From NCBI GenBank assembly GCA_020348985.1, contig CP070761.1:2499445-2563444 (forward strand): 64,000 nucleotides of DNA. Reading direction: 5' to 3'. The stretch is from Candidatus Thorarchaeota archaeon (lineage in GTDB: Archaea; Asgardarchaeota; Thorarchaeia; Thorarchaeales; Thorarchaeaceae). Each line of letters opens with the position of its first letter. The first letter of the stretch is position 1. Both the position numbers and the translations under genes were made by a program. The notes beneath the pieces were generated by a model that worked only from the letters and a program-made list of their open reading frames with translations, had not been told where the DNA came from and did no database searches. This document shows, in pieces, positions 46,593 to 56,528 of the stretch.

Positions 46593-49500
46593 ATGGAGAT
46601 GTTCAAACCAGTACCCAATCAAGTTGATTTCGTTGCTCAGGAAATGGAAACGCTCGCCTTTTGGGAGGAGAAGCAGATCTTCGAAAAGCTGAAGAAACTG
46701 AGAGCAAAAGGGCCGATATGGTCCTTCATTGACGGCCCTATCACAGCCAACAATCCGATGGGTGTTCATCATGGATGGGGACGAACCTACAAAGACCTGT
46801 ACCATCGATTCAATTCCATGAAGGGACATCACACTCGCTATCAGAATGGCTTTGATTGCCAGGGGCTCTGGGTTGAAGTCAATGTTGAGAGAGACATGGG
46901 CTTCAAAGGTAAGCAAGACATAGAAGAGTATGGGCTGGAGAAGTTCATCATATTGTGCAAGCAGCGGGTTCTGAAGTACGCTGCAGTAATGACCCAGCAA
47001 AGCATACGTCTAGGCTATTGGATGGATTGGGATAACCTGGAAACACTCCAGAAGTTGCATGATGCACTTGGTAATGACCCAATGGCAGTCATGACAATCG
47101 AAGGTGTGGAAGGTCCTGTCACTGGCACGGTTGAGCAACTTGTAGGAAGACTTGGAATGCCTGAAGTTGGCGGATCATACTTCACTTTCTCCGAAGAGAA
47201 TAACTACACTATCTGGACTGTTCTGAAGTCTTGTCACGATCGAGGTTGGATATACAAAGGTCGAGACGTAATGCCATGGTGCGCCAGATGTGGAACAGCA
47301 ATCAGCCAACATGAGATTGTCACCGAAGGCTATAGAGAGCTAACACATCCTAGCATAACGTTGAGATTCCCATTGGTGAATCGTCCCGGAGAAAGTCTTC
47401 TGATATGGACAACGACTCCATGGACTCTGAGCAGCAATGTTGCTGCTGCAGTCGGTCCTGAACTGACCTACGTCAAGGTACGTCAAGGGAAGGAAGTACT
47501 CTATCTAAGTCGTGGGACACTTCATATGTTGAAAGGCAGTTACGAGGTTGAGGAGGAGCTGCTTGGTTTTGATATGGAGGGTTGGGTATATCACGGTCCT
47601 TTTGATGAGCTCCCAGCTCAGAAGGAAAGCGGAGTATCTGGCAAACACAAAGTGATACTGTGGGATGAAGTGGGAGAAGAGGAAGGAACTGGAATCGTGC
47701 ACATAGCTCCTGGATGCGGAGCGGAGGACTTCCAACTCTCGAAAGAACTTGATCTTGCAACAATAGCACCGCTTACAGAAAATGGAATCTTCATCGACGG
47801 ATTTGACTGGCTGTCCGGAATGAATGTCAATGCAGTTGCTCAGCCAATCTTCGAGAATCTAACAAAGAAGGGATTGACATACAAGGTTGAAGATTATACT
47901 CACAGATATCCGGTATGCTGGCGCTGCCAAGAAGAATTGGTCTTTCGTCTAGTTGATGAGTGGTTCATTTCAATGGGGAGCAAACTCGACGTGCCCTATG
48001 AAGAGGTCACCGAGGAACAGAAGAAGGCCAATCTTCGTTATCAGATAATGGAGGTTGTCATGGACGAAACCAATTGGTATCCTTCTTTTGGAAAGGAGAG
48101 GGAACTGGATTGGCTTCGGAACATGGACGACTGGATGATCTCCAAGAAACGGTATTGGGGACTTGCACTACCTATATGGGAGTGTTCGAACTGTGGCCAT
48201 TTTGATGTGATAGGGAGCAGACAAGAACTGCAGGATCGCGCTGTTGTCGGATGGGACGCATTCGAGGGACACTCACCTCATAGACCATTCATCGACAAGA
48301 TTGAGATAGAATGCAGTGAATGTGATGCAAGAATGAAACGAATACCAGATGTGGGAAATCCTTGGCTAGATGCCGGGATAGTTGCAATGAGTACAATGAG
48401 ATACAACTCAGATCGAGAATTCTGGAACAAGTGGTTTCCTGCAGAACTCATCAGCGAGAGTTTTCCAGGCCAGTTCAGGAACTGGTTCTATAGCCTTCTT
48501 GCGATGAGCACGATACTCGAACGTAGAGCACCATTCAGACACGTCTTCACCTATGCAATGCTGACTGGAGCGGATGGTAGGGAAATGCACAAGTCTTGGG
48601 GCAATATGATAGAGTTCAACGAGGCAGCCGATACAATGGGAGTCGATGTTATGCGTTGGCTCTATTGTGTCCACAGACCAGAGAAAGACCTCGCCTTCGG
48701 GTATGCTCGTGGTGATGAGGTGCGGCGACACTTTCTCATCCCTCTCTGGAATGTCTATTCATTCTTTGTCACCTACGCGCTCATTGATGGGTGGGTGCCC
48801 AAGAAGGATGTGAGGATGACGCGTAGCTTGTTGGACCGGTGGATACTCTCAAGGATGAACGAGGTCACTGAAGACGTCACAGGCTATCTGGAGTCGTATG
48901 AGCCAAACATGGCAGCAGCCGTTGTGGACCGGTTCATAGATCATCTAAGCAATTGGTATCTTCGACGAAGTCGTCGTCGCTTCTGGGTCGAGACAGGGTC
49001 GAGTGATGAAGCTGATGCAGACAAGAACGCGGCTTACGACACATTGTATAGTGTCTTAGTGAATCTCTCCCGACTACTTGCACCCTTTGTACCGTTTGCT
49101 TCTGAGGTGATACATCAGAATCTAATCTGCAGTATAGACTCTAGTGCACCAGAAAGCGTACATCATTGTGATTGGACTGTGGGTGAAGCCATTGACGAGG
49201 TCCTAAACAGAGAGATGGCACTTGTACTTCGCTTAGTCTCACTGGGTCATGCGGCAAGAAACAAAGCAAATCGTAAGCTTCGCCAGCCATTGTCTGAGAT
49301 AGCATTTGCTGTGGGACTGGACAAAGAGAGAGAGGTCGTTATGCGATATGCAGAATTGATAGGCGACGAATTGAATGTCAAGAAAGTTCGATTGCTAGAT
49401 GTTGCTGCAGAAGTAGTAAGCTATCAACTCAAACCACTGCCAAAGCAATTGGGTCAGAAGTATGGTTCTGAGTTCCCTGCACTTAGGGACGGCATTTTGG

Positions 49501-49952
49501 GTTTAGATCCCCGTGAAGCTTCAGCCCAGCTTCAAGCTGGTAAATCTATAGAAGTCAAAGTGAGCGGTAACAGGTTCGAAATATTGCCTGAAGAAGTCGA
49601 GGTGATAGTTGAAGCCAAAGAGGGCTTTTCGACAGCATCGGAAGGAGGATACCTCGCTGCTTTGACCACTGAATTGACTCGCGAACTCGAACTTGAAGGA
49701 TTAGCACGTGAATTCGTAAGACGAGTTCAAGATGTGCGCAAGTCAGCCAATCTAAACGTCAACGACAAGATAGATGTCCAATACTCCTCAAGTAAACGAG
49801 TAGCTGAGGCTGTCAAATATCATCAAGTGTACATCACAGAGGAAACATTGGCAACCAGCTTGAAGCAGGTGAAGAAGCCGACAGGAGATTTCCAAGATGA
49901 GTACAAGTTTGGTGATGAGAGACTCGTTGTAGCGATAGCTCTCAGTGAATAG
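46593..49952 (+). CDS. ileS: Isoleucine--tRNA ligase, type 2, with GVHH signature
   Basis: DGPITANNPMGVHH, GFDCQGL, WTTTPWTL, GTGIVHIAPGCG, WMISKKRYWG, EMHKSWGN and EGLAREFVRRVQ. Start is 46572-46599. Confidence 0.95.
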   Translation: MEMFKPVPNQVDFVAQEMETLAFWEEKQIFEKLKKLRAKGPIWSFIDGPITANNPMGVHHGWGRTYKDLYHRFNSMKGHHTRYQNGFDCQGLWVEVNVERDMGFKGKQDIEEYGLEKFIILCKQRVLKYAAVMTQQSIRLGYWMDWDNLETLQKLHDALGNDPMAVMTIEGVEGPVTGTVEQLVGRLGMPEVGGSYFTFSEENNYTIWTVLKSCHDRGWIYKGRDVMPWCARCGTAISQHEIVTEGYRELTHPSITLRFPLVNRPGESLLIWTTTPWTLSSNVAAAVGPELTYVKVRQGKEVLYLSRGTLHMLKGSYEVEEELLGFDMEGWVYHGPFDELPAQKESGVSGKHKVILWDEVGEEEGTGIVHIAPGCGAEDFQLSKELDLATIAPLTENGIFIDGFDWLSGMNVNAVAQPIFENLTKKGLTYKVEDYTHRYPVCWRCQEELVFRLVDEWFISMGSKLDVPYEEVTEEQKKANLRYQIMEVVMDETNWYPSFGKERELDWLRNMDDWMISKKRYWGLALPIWECSNCGHFDVIGSRQELQDRAVVGWDAFEGHSPHRPFIDKIEIECSECDARMKRIPDVGNPWLDAGIVAMSTMRYNSDREFWNKWFPAELISESFPGQFRNWFYSLLAMSTILERRAPFRHVFTYAMLTGADGREMHKSWGNMIEFNEAADTMGVDVMRWLYCVHRPEKDLAFGYARGDEVRRHFLIPLWNVYSFFVTYALIDGWVPKKDVRMTRSLLDRWILSRMNEVTEDVTGYLESYEPNMAAAVVDRFIDHLSNWYLRRSRRRFWVETGSSDEADADKNAAYDTLYSVLVNLSRLLAPFVPFASEVIHQNLICSIDSSAPESVHHCDWTVGEAIDEVLNREMALVLRLVSLGHAARNKANRKLRQPLSEIAFAVGLDKEREVVMRYAELIGDELNVKKVRLLDVAAEVVSYQLKPLPKQLGQKYGSEFPALRDGILGLDPREASAQLQAGKSIEVKVSGNRFEILPEEVEVIVEAKEGFSTASEGGYLAALTTELTRELELEGLAREFVRRVQDVRKSANLNVNDKIDVQYSSSKRVAEAVKYHQVYITEETLATSLKQVKKPTGDFQDEYKFGDERLVVAIALSE

Positions 49953-49986
49953 TAGGAACCAGATAGAAGGACTCCGAGGATGGTCT

Positions 49987-51318
49987 TCAGAAGGGGTAGG
50001 AATCTCTGATCAACAGCTCAGCAATCATGAAGTACAACTCGGCGTTCTCTTCTATAGAAGACAAAGAGACCCACTCATTTGTGCCATGGACGTTGCCACC
50101 GATAGGCCCGAAGTCAAATAGCTCTGCGCCCTGACCAGCGAAGTATCGCGAATCAGATGCTCCGAAACCTTCATTGATCTGATAGAAAACGCCAAGTTTC
50201 TCCAAGGCCCATTTTGCAGCCCGGATTAGTCTGGAGTCTGGATCCACATCTACGAAACCCGGACCCGGTATGACTTTCATAGAGAATAGGTCAAGCCTTC
50301 CTTCCAGGCTTTTTTCGAAGCTTTGATGGACAGCTTCGGCGTCATTGGTCATTGCACGAATGTCACACAGTAGAGTCCAAAGGTCATCCTGGCGGGACAG
50401 CACATTCGGCCATATCACGGTCCCTTTGTCCGATGGTCGAGTTGGGAATGATGTATATGCGATTGGCAAGAGCGACTTCATCAAATCAGTGAGCGCGCTG
50501 TCGTATATGAGCTCCTCACCAGAATCGTCCGGATGAATGAAGTCCACCTCTACCCAATCCGGAACAACATTTCTCTTCAGAAAGGGGCCTCTCACGTCTG
50601 CAACAACACTCTCAAGATTCATGTCCATGTATCGCGATGCAGCGAGCATGGCGTGACGGTCGACACCTGGGCGAAGGTAGGCAGAGTGACGAGTATCGGT
50701 TGCGAATGTCTCAGTATCGAAACGAATCGTCTCCTTCCTACCCTTCACTGAGGCTGCCTTCTGTTTGACCTTGAATTGAGTAGGCAATCCATTTCTTCGT
50801 CGATGAATGATCTGCTGTCCAATTCCATCAGCAATGACAATATAGTCTGGGAATAGTCCCTGCCTCTTCAGAAAGTCTCTCAGATGTCCCGCGCCGTTTC
50901 GGCCGCCAATCTCTTCATCACCAGTTGCAGCAATCATCATTGTACAAGGCAGGTCTACTGATGATATCTGTTTGGCCATCATCAGCATGGATGTGATGTT
51001 GCCCTTGTCATCACAAGACCCTCTACCATAGGCCCTGTCACCCTTGATCCTGAGCTTGAACGGGTCACCGTCCCATCCGTCAGCGGTGGGCACAACGTCA
51101 AAATGAGCCAAGTACAGAATCTTGAATCCACCATGGCCGTGTCGTCCGAAAGCAGTCCAGTATCCTTCAGCTTCAAGCAGTTCTGTATGGAATCCACAAT
51201 CTTCCAGTGCCTCGTTGATGTATTCAGGGCATTCTGAGGTGGGCTTGTTGTTGGGATCCCCAGTCCGGGTGTCAAATGAAACGAGCTTCTCTAGAATGGA
51301 CGAAGAATCGAATTTCAT
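49987..51318 (-). CDS. M20 family metallopeptidase/deacylase (ArgE/DapE-like)
   Basis: AHFDVVP, GRGSCDDKG, DEEIGG, GASDSR and HGTNE. Confidence 0.9.
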   Translation of the reverse strand: MKFDSSSILEKLVSFDTRTGDPNNKPTSECPEYINEALEDCGFHTELLEAEGYWTAFGRHGHGGFKILYLAHFDVVPTADGWDGDPFKLRIKGDRAYGRGSCDDKGNITSMLMMAKQISSVDLPCTMMIAATGDEEIGGRNGAGHLRDFLKRQGLFPDYIVIADGIGQQIIHRRRNGLPTQFKVKQKAASVKGRKETIRFDTETFATDTRHSAYLRPGVDRHAMLAASRYMDMNLESVVADVRGPFLKRNVVPDWVEVDFIHPDDSGEELIYDSALTDLMKSLLPIAYTSFPTRPSDKGTVIWPNVLSRQDDLWTLLCDIRAMTNDAEAVHQSFEKSLEGRLDLFSMKVIPGPGFVDVDPDSRLIRAAKWALEKLGVFYQINEGFGASDSRYFAGQGAELFDFGPIGGNVHGTNEWVSLSSIEENAELYFMIAELLIRDSYPF

Positions 51319-51393
51319 CTTCTTTCGGTTCTCGAGAATCCATCTCTGGTCAAAAGTCTATCTTAGTGGGGATGAGCAAATGAAAGGAAGTTC

Positions 51394-51418
51394 AAGCGAC
51401 GCCCGAAAAGCGTCGCTT
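51394..51418 (-). terminator. Perfect 9-bp hairpin downstream of the EF-2 homolog
   Basis: AAGCGACGC-CCGAAAA-GCGTCGCTT lies 17 nt past the stop and is followed on the minus strand by CTTCCTTTCATTT. Confidence 0.55.
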
Positions 51419-51435
51419 CAAAGGATTGATTGGAA

Positions 51436-53652
51436 TTATGTTCGTTTGTAGATATAACGACTCCAAGAGCTTGTAGTTGGCATCTGGACCGGCATTCCTT
51501 TTCTCTCACGTATCTCGAAGATTACCTCTTCCTGCATGTTGCCGGGCAGTGGTTCGAATCCTCTGAACTCATAACCAAAGAAACTCCTTCCGGCTGTGGC
51601 ACTCCTGAACTCATCAGCGATTCCTATGGTCTCTGCAGTGGGCAAAGTTCCCTTGATTGCCACGTTCTCTTCTTCACCCTCAATAGTGACTACTTGACCA
51701 CGGTGACCAGTCAAGACCTTGATCACACCACCTTGAGTGTCTGTAGGAGTCTTGATGTCCGTATTCAAAACTGGTTCATAGAGAGAAGGATCCGCGGTTA
51801 GGAAGCTCATATTCAAACCTGAGCTTGTCATCGTGGCAATCTCACTGTAACCAGTATGAGCAGGGTCAGTATGTACTGTAGCATCAGTTATCACTGCTTT
51901 TACACCCATAATAGGTTCACGAGCAAGCGGGCCTCCGTCGCAGAACTCGTGGAATACCGTCGTCACGTAAGGCCGTATCCTATCGAATCGCTGGACACCA
52001 CTCATCTGATCTACGAGCATATTCGACTCGTAGATGTCGAGTATCTTTCTCGCTTCCTTGGCGTCCCATCCTGCTTCATCACGCAGTATTGCTGCGCGCT
52101 CACGATCCGCCTGTGTTGCTGTGATCTTCTTCTTCCGGATGAGCTCAACTGTCTTGTCATCAAGCGGCTCGAGATAAATACGAAGCCTGTTGTGTCCGTT
52201 CGGAGACTTTGTGTGGAACTCTTCACCTCTCTGGGCAATCTTCTCACGGTACACAATGATTGGCTCGGAAACGTGTATCTTGACTTGCTCATGGATGCGC
52301 TTGGTCAGAATCTCAATCTGTAGGGGATCGATTCCGTCAAGCCGATATTCACCAGACTCCTTGTCATGGAAGAATCTTGCAGTTGGATCTGCCATAATCC
52401 ACTTTCTCACGACCTCACCTAGCTTTGCAATGTCTTGCGGATCTACGGGACTAATACTCCTGCTAACAACAGGCTCGCTCACATACTCGATTGCCTCAAA
52501 TCCTTTCATTTCAGAGCCTGGTTTAACGAAGGTCTCTCCTGATGGACACATGAAACCGAATATCGACATCAAGTTGCCAGCTGGAATCTCATCCATTGGC
52601 AGGATGTCTGTAATCTCTTGAACGCCCAATCGCTTCACACGAGCATTCTGCCTCATGTTTACAAGTGTAATCTCATCGCCTGTCTTGAGAGTACCAGAGA
52701 AGACTCGGCCAATTAGAGTTGGTCGCTTGCTCTTCGGGTCAACGAATATCTTGGTAATCATCCCTAGAAGAGGTCCATTCCTGTCACATTCGAGAAGTGC
52801 TTTTCCTTCGGGAGAATCAAGATCGCCTGACCAGATTCGTGGAATCTTGTACTTCTGGGCGTCCTTTGGATTCGGCAAGTGTTCGACAATCATCTCAAGC
52901 AAGGGCTCATCGAGTGGTAGGTTCTCTCGAAGCCACATCTCGTCTCCTTCGTTGTACTTCTCAAATACAACCACTGGCTTGATTTCCTTCTTGGCCAGAG
53001 TCTTCATTGTGAATGCCCAACCAGTCTTGGCTGAACCAATTGCAACACTTCCTTTTTCGAAGCTTACTCGCCAGTCTTGCTCGAACTCCCTCGGAGTGAC
53101 CTTCTTGATAAGCTCGTTCACCTTGGCTATGATGATATCAATTCGCTCGTAGACTTTCGCAGGTGGAAGCTTCAGCTCATTGATGAGGCGGTCAACCTTG
53201 TTGATGAACAAGACTGGCTTAGCCCCTTCCCCACCTACGGCGAGGCGGATGTTGGTCTCAGTCTGCGTCATCACACCTTCAAGAGCGTCCACCAGGATGA
53301 CTACTCCATCGCTGGCACGCAACGCTCGAGAAACTTCACCTGTGAACGACAGGTGACCGGGAGTGTCGGAAAGCTGGACCAAATACTCTTCGTCACCGAC
53401 CTCGAAGTTCAGAAGAACTACTGAGGTGAAGATTGTTATGCCCCGCTCCTGCTCTTCTTCGTCAGAATCAGTCATGAGGGCCTGTCCTGCTGCGGCATCG
53501 CTCATCAGACCTGCACGGCGCATGAGGTAGTCTGTAGTTGTCGTCTTTCCGTGATCGATGTGAGCACTGATTGAGATGATTCTCTTGTGCTCATAATCAT
53601 CACTCATGATTAGTTTCTTTATCGCGTCAGGTTCCTTGACCTTGACCATCAT
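51436..53652 (-). CDS. Elongation factor 2 homolog (aEF-2p-like, HTG at the diphthamide loop)
   Basis: AHIDHGKTT, EQERGITI, DTPGH, NKVDR, KSPNGHNR, VHTDPAHTG, FRSATAGR and IRERKGM. Confidence 0.92.
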   Translation of the reverse strand: MMVKVKEPDAIKKLIMSDDYEHKRIISISAHIDHGKTTTTDYLMRRAGLMSDAAAGQALMTDSDEEEQERGITIFTSVVLLNFEVGDEEYLVQLSDTPGHLSFTGEVSRALRASDGVVILVDALEGVMTQTETNIRLAVGGEGAKPVLFINKVDRLINELKLPPAKVYERIDIIIAKVNELIKKVTPREFEQDWRVSFEKGSVAIGSAKTGWAFTMKTLAKKEIKPVVVFEKYNEGDEMWLRENLPLDEPLLEMIVEHLPNPKDAQKYKIPRIWSGDLDSPEGKALLECDRNGPLLGMITKIFVDPKSKRPTLIGRVFSGTLKTGDEITLVNMRQNARVKRLGVQEITDILPMDEIPAGNLMSIFGFMCPSGETFVKPGSEMKGFEAIEYVSEPVVSRSISPVDPQDIAKLGEVVRKWIMADPTARFFHDKESGEYRLDGIDPLQIEILTKRIHEQVKIHVSEPIIVYREKIAQRGEEFHTKSPNGHNRLRIYLEPLDDKTVELIRKKKITATQADRERAAILRDEAGWDAKEARKILDIYESNMLVDQMSGVQRFDRIRPYVTTVFHEFCDGGPLAREPIMGVKAVITDATVHTDPAHTGYSEIATMTSSGLNMSFLTADPSLYEPVLNTDIKTPTDTQGGVIKVLTGHRGQVVTIEGEEENVAIKGTLPTAETIGIADEFRSATAGRSFFGYEFRGFEPLPGNMQEEVIFEIRERKGMPVQMPTTSSWSRYIYKRT

Positions 53653-53784
53653 TATCAGCTCATTCGTCTATGGCCTCTCCCAACCTGTTCGCTTAACGCA
53701 ATAGAAGGTCGGAGTCACCGATGGCGTCACCGGTGGCCTGCGCGCTCACGAAAAGCGAATCTTAAAAGAATTTCGTCAGGGACA

Positions 53785-54381
53785 ATGCATGCCTTGAGTC
53801 CACATCGAATTGTCTTTGAAGAACCAATCGTGAGAACTCACGTAGGTTTAACACGGTTTCCAGATAGATGCCCCATTTGCGGATTGCGCGCAACCAAGAA
53901 AAAGCGAATCGATGCGACACCAAAGGAGCCGCCTTGGGCCAAACCGCCGACAGGACGACGACTGACAACCATTCAGAGGATACGCCTTGGACTCAAGCCA
54001 GTGACTTTCATAGTCCCGTTCTGTGAAGAGCACGTGGACATTGATTCTGGAAGAGGTCGAATGCGGGTTGCGGCGACATACTTTTTCGGCCTGGCAACTT
54101 CCATTCTCATCATAGCAATCATGTTCGTAGGTAGTGATTTGTGGCTTGGGAGGGGCGTTCCGTTTTGGGCATATCCCTTCCTAGGAATATACGCACTCTG
54201 TTTCGCAGCATTCGTTCTGACCTATCGGCCTTCGGAATTGGAGTCATCGGTGAAGGTCATCGGCTTTGACGTAAACCGCGACCATGTATTCCTGCAGTTC
54301 AAAGACAAGACTTACACCGACGAGTTTCTTTTGCTCAATAAGTCAAATGCAGAGCTTGTAAGCTGGATAGTGAGGGTCTAG
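53785..54381 (+). CDS. Hypothetical membrane protein with putative Zn finger
   Basis: FPDRCPICG...PFCEEH followed by two TM helices. Confidence 0.7.
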   Translation: MHALSPHRIVFEEPIVRTHVGLTRFPDRCPICGLRATKKKRIDATPKEPPWAKPPTGRRLTTIQRIRLGLKPVTFIVPFCEEHVDIDSGRGRMRVAATYFFGLATSILIIAIMFVGSDLWLGRGVPFWAYPFLGIYALCFAAFVLTYRPSELESSVKVIGFDVNRDHVFLQFKDKTYTDEFLLLNKSNAELVSWIVRV

Positions 54382-54399
54382 CCACAACAATGAAAGGAT

Positions 54400-55194
54400 T
54401 CACTTCGTGGCTACGACAACCATTCGCTCCGAGTCTCTTGAATACGGCATCCTTGGCAGCTTGTTCTGACCGTAGAATTCGATCTTCTTGAAACCAACAT
54501 CCTCGAGGAGCTCTTTGATCTCAAGTGCGGTGTACATTCGGATATCATTGTTAGACAGTGCATCTTGATTCATCAGAACGAGTCTAGAATCCTCAATGTC
54601 AATGAACGTAGCTGGACGCCCTTTCAGCATACCAGCCTGAGCATCGAGCATATGAGGCTCACTCAGGAGATAGCCACCTTCTAGCTCGGTCCAAGTCTTG
54701 GCGAAGCGAGGGACGTTGTAGGGATTGATTAGGTCTAGTAGTAGTCTCCCACCATCGACAAGAGCTTCATGTGACTTCTCCAAAACTGCCTTGTTTTCTT
54801 CGTGATCAAAGAAGCCAAAGCTATGACTCAACAAGACTGCAGCGTGGAAGTTTTCCGAGAACGTGAGGTCACGCATGTCTCCCTTGTAGAAAGTGACCTC
54901 AATCTCTTCTTCCTTTGCTCGAGAGATTGCGACGTCCACAAGACTCTGCGCAAGATCGAAACCGGTCACCTTCAGACCATTCTTAGAGAACAGGATGCTG
55001 TGGTCCCCGGCTCCGCACGCAATATCTAGTATGAACTGATTCTGTTTCAGATCAAGAACTTGAATGCAGAAATCGACAACCATCTTGTCATACTCTGCAA
55101 TACCCTGAAGAGACCTCCTATGCCGTACCCTAAAGAGCTCGGCCCAAAACTCGTCCCAACCCAGTTCATTCTTCTCTAGAGGCACGCTCCTCAC
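54400..55194 (-). CDS. Class I SAM-dependent methyltransferase
   Basis: ILDIACGAGDH, GFDL, GDMR, SFGFF and GGRLLLD. Confidence 0.9.
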   Translation of the reverse strand: MRSVPLEKNELGWDEFWAELFRVRHRRSLQGIAEYDKMVVDFCIQVLDLKQNQFILDIACGAGDHSILFSKNGLKVTGFDLAQSLVDVAISRAKEEEIEVTFYKGDMRDLTFSENFHAAVLLSHSFGFFDHEENKAVLEKSHEALVDGGRLLLDLINPYNVPRFAKTWTELEGGYLLSEPHMLDAQAGMLKGRPATFIDIEDSRLVLMNQDALSNNDIRMYTALEIKELLEDVGFKKIEFYGQNKLPRMPYSRDSERMVVVATK

Positions 55195-55304
55195 TCAGCG
55201 CCGAAGTGATTCCCAATTGTTATGAAGATTGTCATCAATGGAAATGATATCGAAGCCTACCTGAAAGGAGAATGGGGAGATGACGCCTTTGTTGACATTG
55301 AAGA

Positions 55305-55517
55305 TTAGAAGTTCTCTTCTGGTTCCTCGGAGAGCTCCTTGTCAAAGATGGACTTCCATGGGCGTACTCCATAGCAGACGACAGCAAGCGCATTTATGGT
55401 GCCGGCAAGCAGCCACAGAAAGTTAGCACTCCAGTAGAAGAACATGAAACACAATAATGTGGATATGGTACCACAAAGCAGCTCGTATCGGTACAATCGG
55501 GGCCTTTGTGTCACCAC
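55305..55517 (-). CDS. Small two-TM membrane protein
   Basis: 70 aa with two hydrophobic stretches and an acidic tail. AGGGGAG SD-like site upstream. Confidence 0.5.
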   Translation of the reverse strand: MVTQRPRLYRYELLCGTISTLLCFMFFYWSANFLWLLAGTINALAVVCYGVRPWKSIFDKELSEEPEENF

Positions 55518-55590
55518 GAAAAACTCCCCTCTTTATGCAGCCATAGGTTACATTTGTTTCTTTCCAATAACGATAACAAAGAATAAGGGG

Positions 55591-55687
55591 GGAGACGCCC
55601 GCAAAGCTCTGTTGATCTCCGCCGGGAGGGACGTAGACTAAGGCAACAGTCGACTCAATGAGTCAAGGCATGCGGGCCTTGGTCTCC
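55591..55687 (-). ncRNA. Candidate ~97-nt structured non-coding RNA of unknown family
   Basis: Nested stems GGAGAC/GTCTCC, GCCCGCA/TGCGGGC, CTGTTG/CAACAG, GACTC/GAGTC and CTCC/GGAG. TTTATA box lies 26 nt upstream and a T-rich tract lies downstream. Confidence 0.6.
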
Positions 55688-55712
55688 AAACTGTATTACA
55701 ATCTAAACTACC

Positions 55713-55726
55713 TATAAATGTTCGCG
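55713..55726 (-). promoter_or_regulatory. BRE/TATA promoter for the candidate ncRNA
   Basis: Minus strand reads CGCGAACA-TTTATA at archaeal spacing from the first G of the terminal stem. Confidence 0.55.
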
Positions 55727-55877
55727 TGTTGAGCAAAACCGCTGTATTTTTCGATAAATCGTCGGGTTGTTCTAATAATGCTAGTGTACAAAAATCGAGC
55801 TCAGAACTATAAGAAAAGTTACATTTTGGGTCCTGTAATGTGCCAGACCACATCGGACCACGATTGGATCTGTGTCT

Positions 55878-56492
55878 TTATTTCTCTGCCATTACCCAGA
55901 ATGGATGCTCATCACGAATCTGGATTACTCGCGACCAAATGATTCGGAATCCGGCATCTTCGATGATCTCAAGGGACGTATCTTGGTCATGGTGACTCCA
56001 GAACATTGGCTCTCTGAAATACTCCCCAATATTTTCCCACTCATTCTGGCTAAGGCTGACCAACAGACGGCCGTTCGGTTTCAGCGTTATATAGAATCTT
56101 CGAAACACTTCAGCATGCAAAGCTTTGGGCACATGAATCACAGCATATGTAGAGATTATACCGTCAAAGGTCTCAGGGTCAAACTGGAGCTTGGTCATAT
56201 CCTGAAGAAGAAATGTTGCAGCGGGGACATGTTTGCGAGCCAACTTCAGCATACTTTCGGAAATATCAATTCCGGTAACTTGGAAGCCAGAGTCGACGAG
56301 GGCACTTGCCACAGGAACACCCGCGCCGCAGCCCGCATCGAGAATGTGTCCACCTGGGGTAACTGAGCTCATGAAGTCTTCAAGAATTCGAGAGATGTCG
56401 AATGTGTCTCGTTCGGCGTGATAGAGATGGGCAATCTTGTCATAACCCTCTCTCACAATTCGGATATGGTCTTCTTCGTCCACAAGTATCAA
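55878..56492 (-). CDS. Class I SAM-dependent methyltransferase
   Basis: VREGYDKIA, ILDAGCGAG, GIDIS, QDM, YAVIHVP and LKPNG. Confidence 0.9.
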   Translation of the reverse strand: MILVDEEDHIRIVREGYDKIAHLYHAERDTFDISRILEDFMSSVTPGGHILDAGCGAGVPVASALVDSGFQVTGIDISESMLKLARKHVPAATFLLQDMTKLQFDPETFDGIISTYAVIHVPKALHAEVFRRFYITLKPNGRLLVSLSQNEWENIGEYFREPMFWSHHDQDTSLEIIEDAGFRIIWSRVIQIRDEHPFWVMAEK

Positions 56493-56528
56493 CTCAACTC
56501 TGTGGCTTACTTCACTGTGAAAAGGTGG

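Noticed and set aside
55638-55853. 71-aa minus-strand ORF
   Set aside because: Spans the AT-rich promoter and the structured RNA candidate; no protein features.
54400-56528. Possible integrated element at the tRNA-Gln 3' end
   Set aside because: No integrase and no duplicated tRNA 3' end (att site) found by eye; the neighbours are ordinary methyltransferases.
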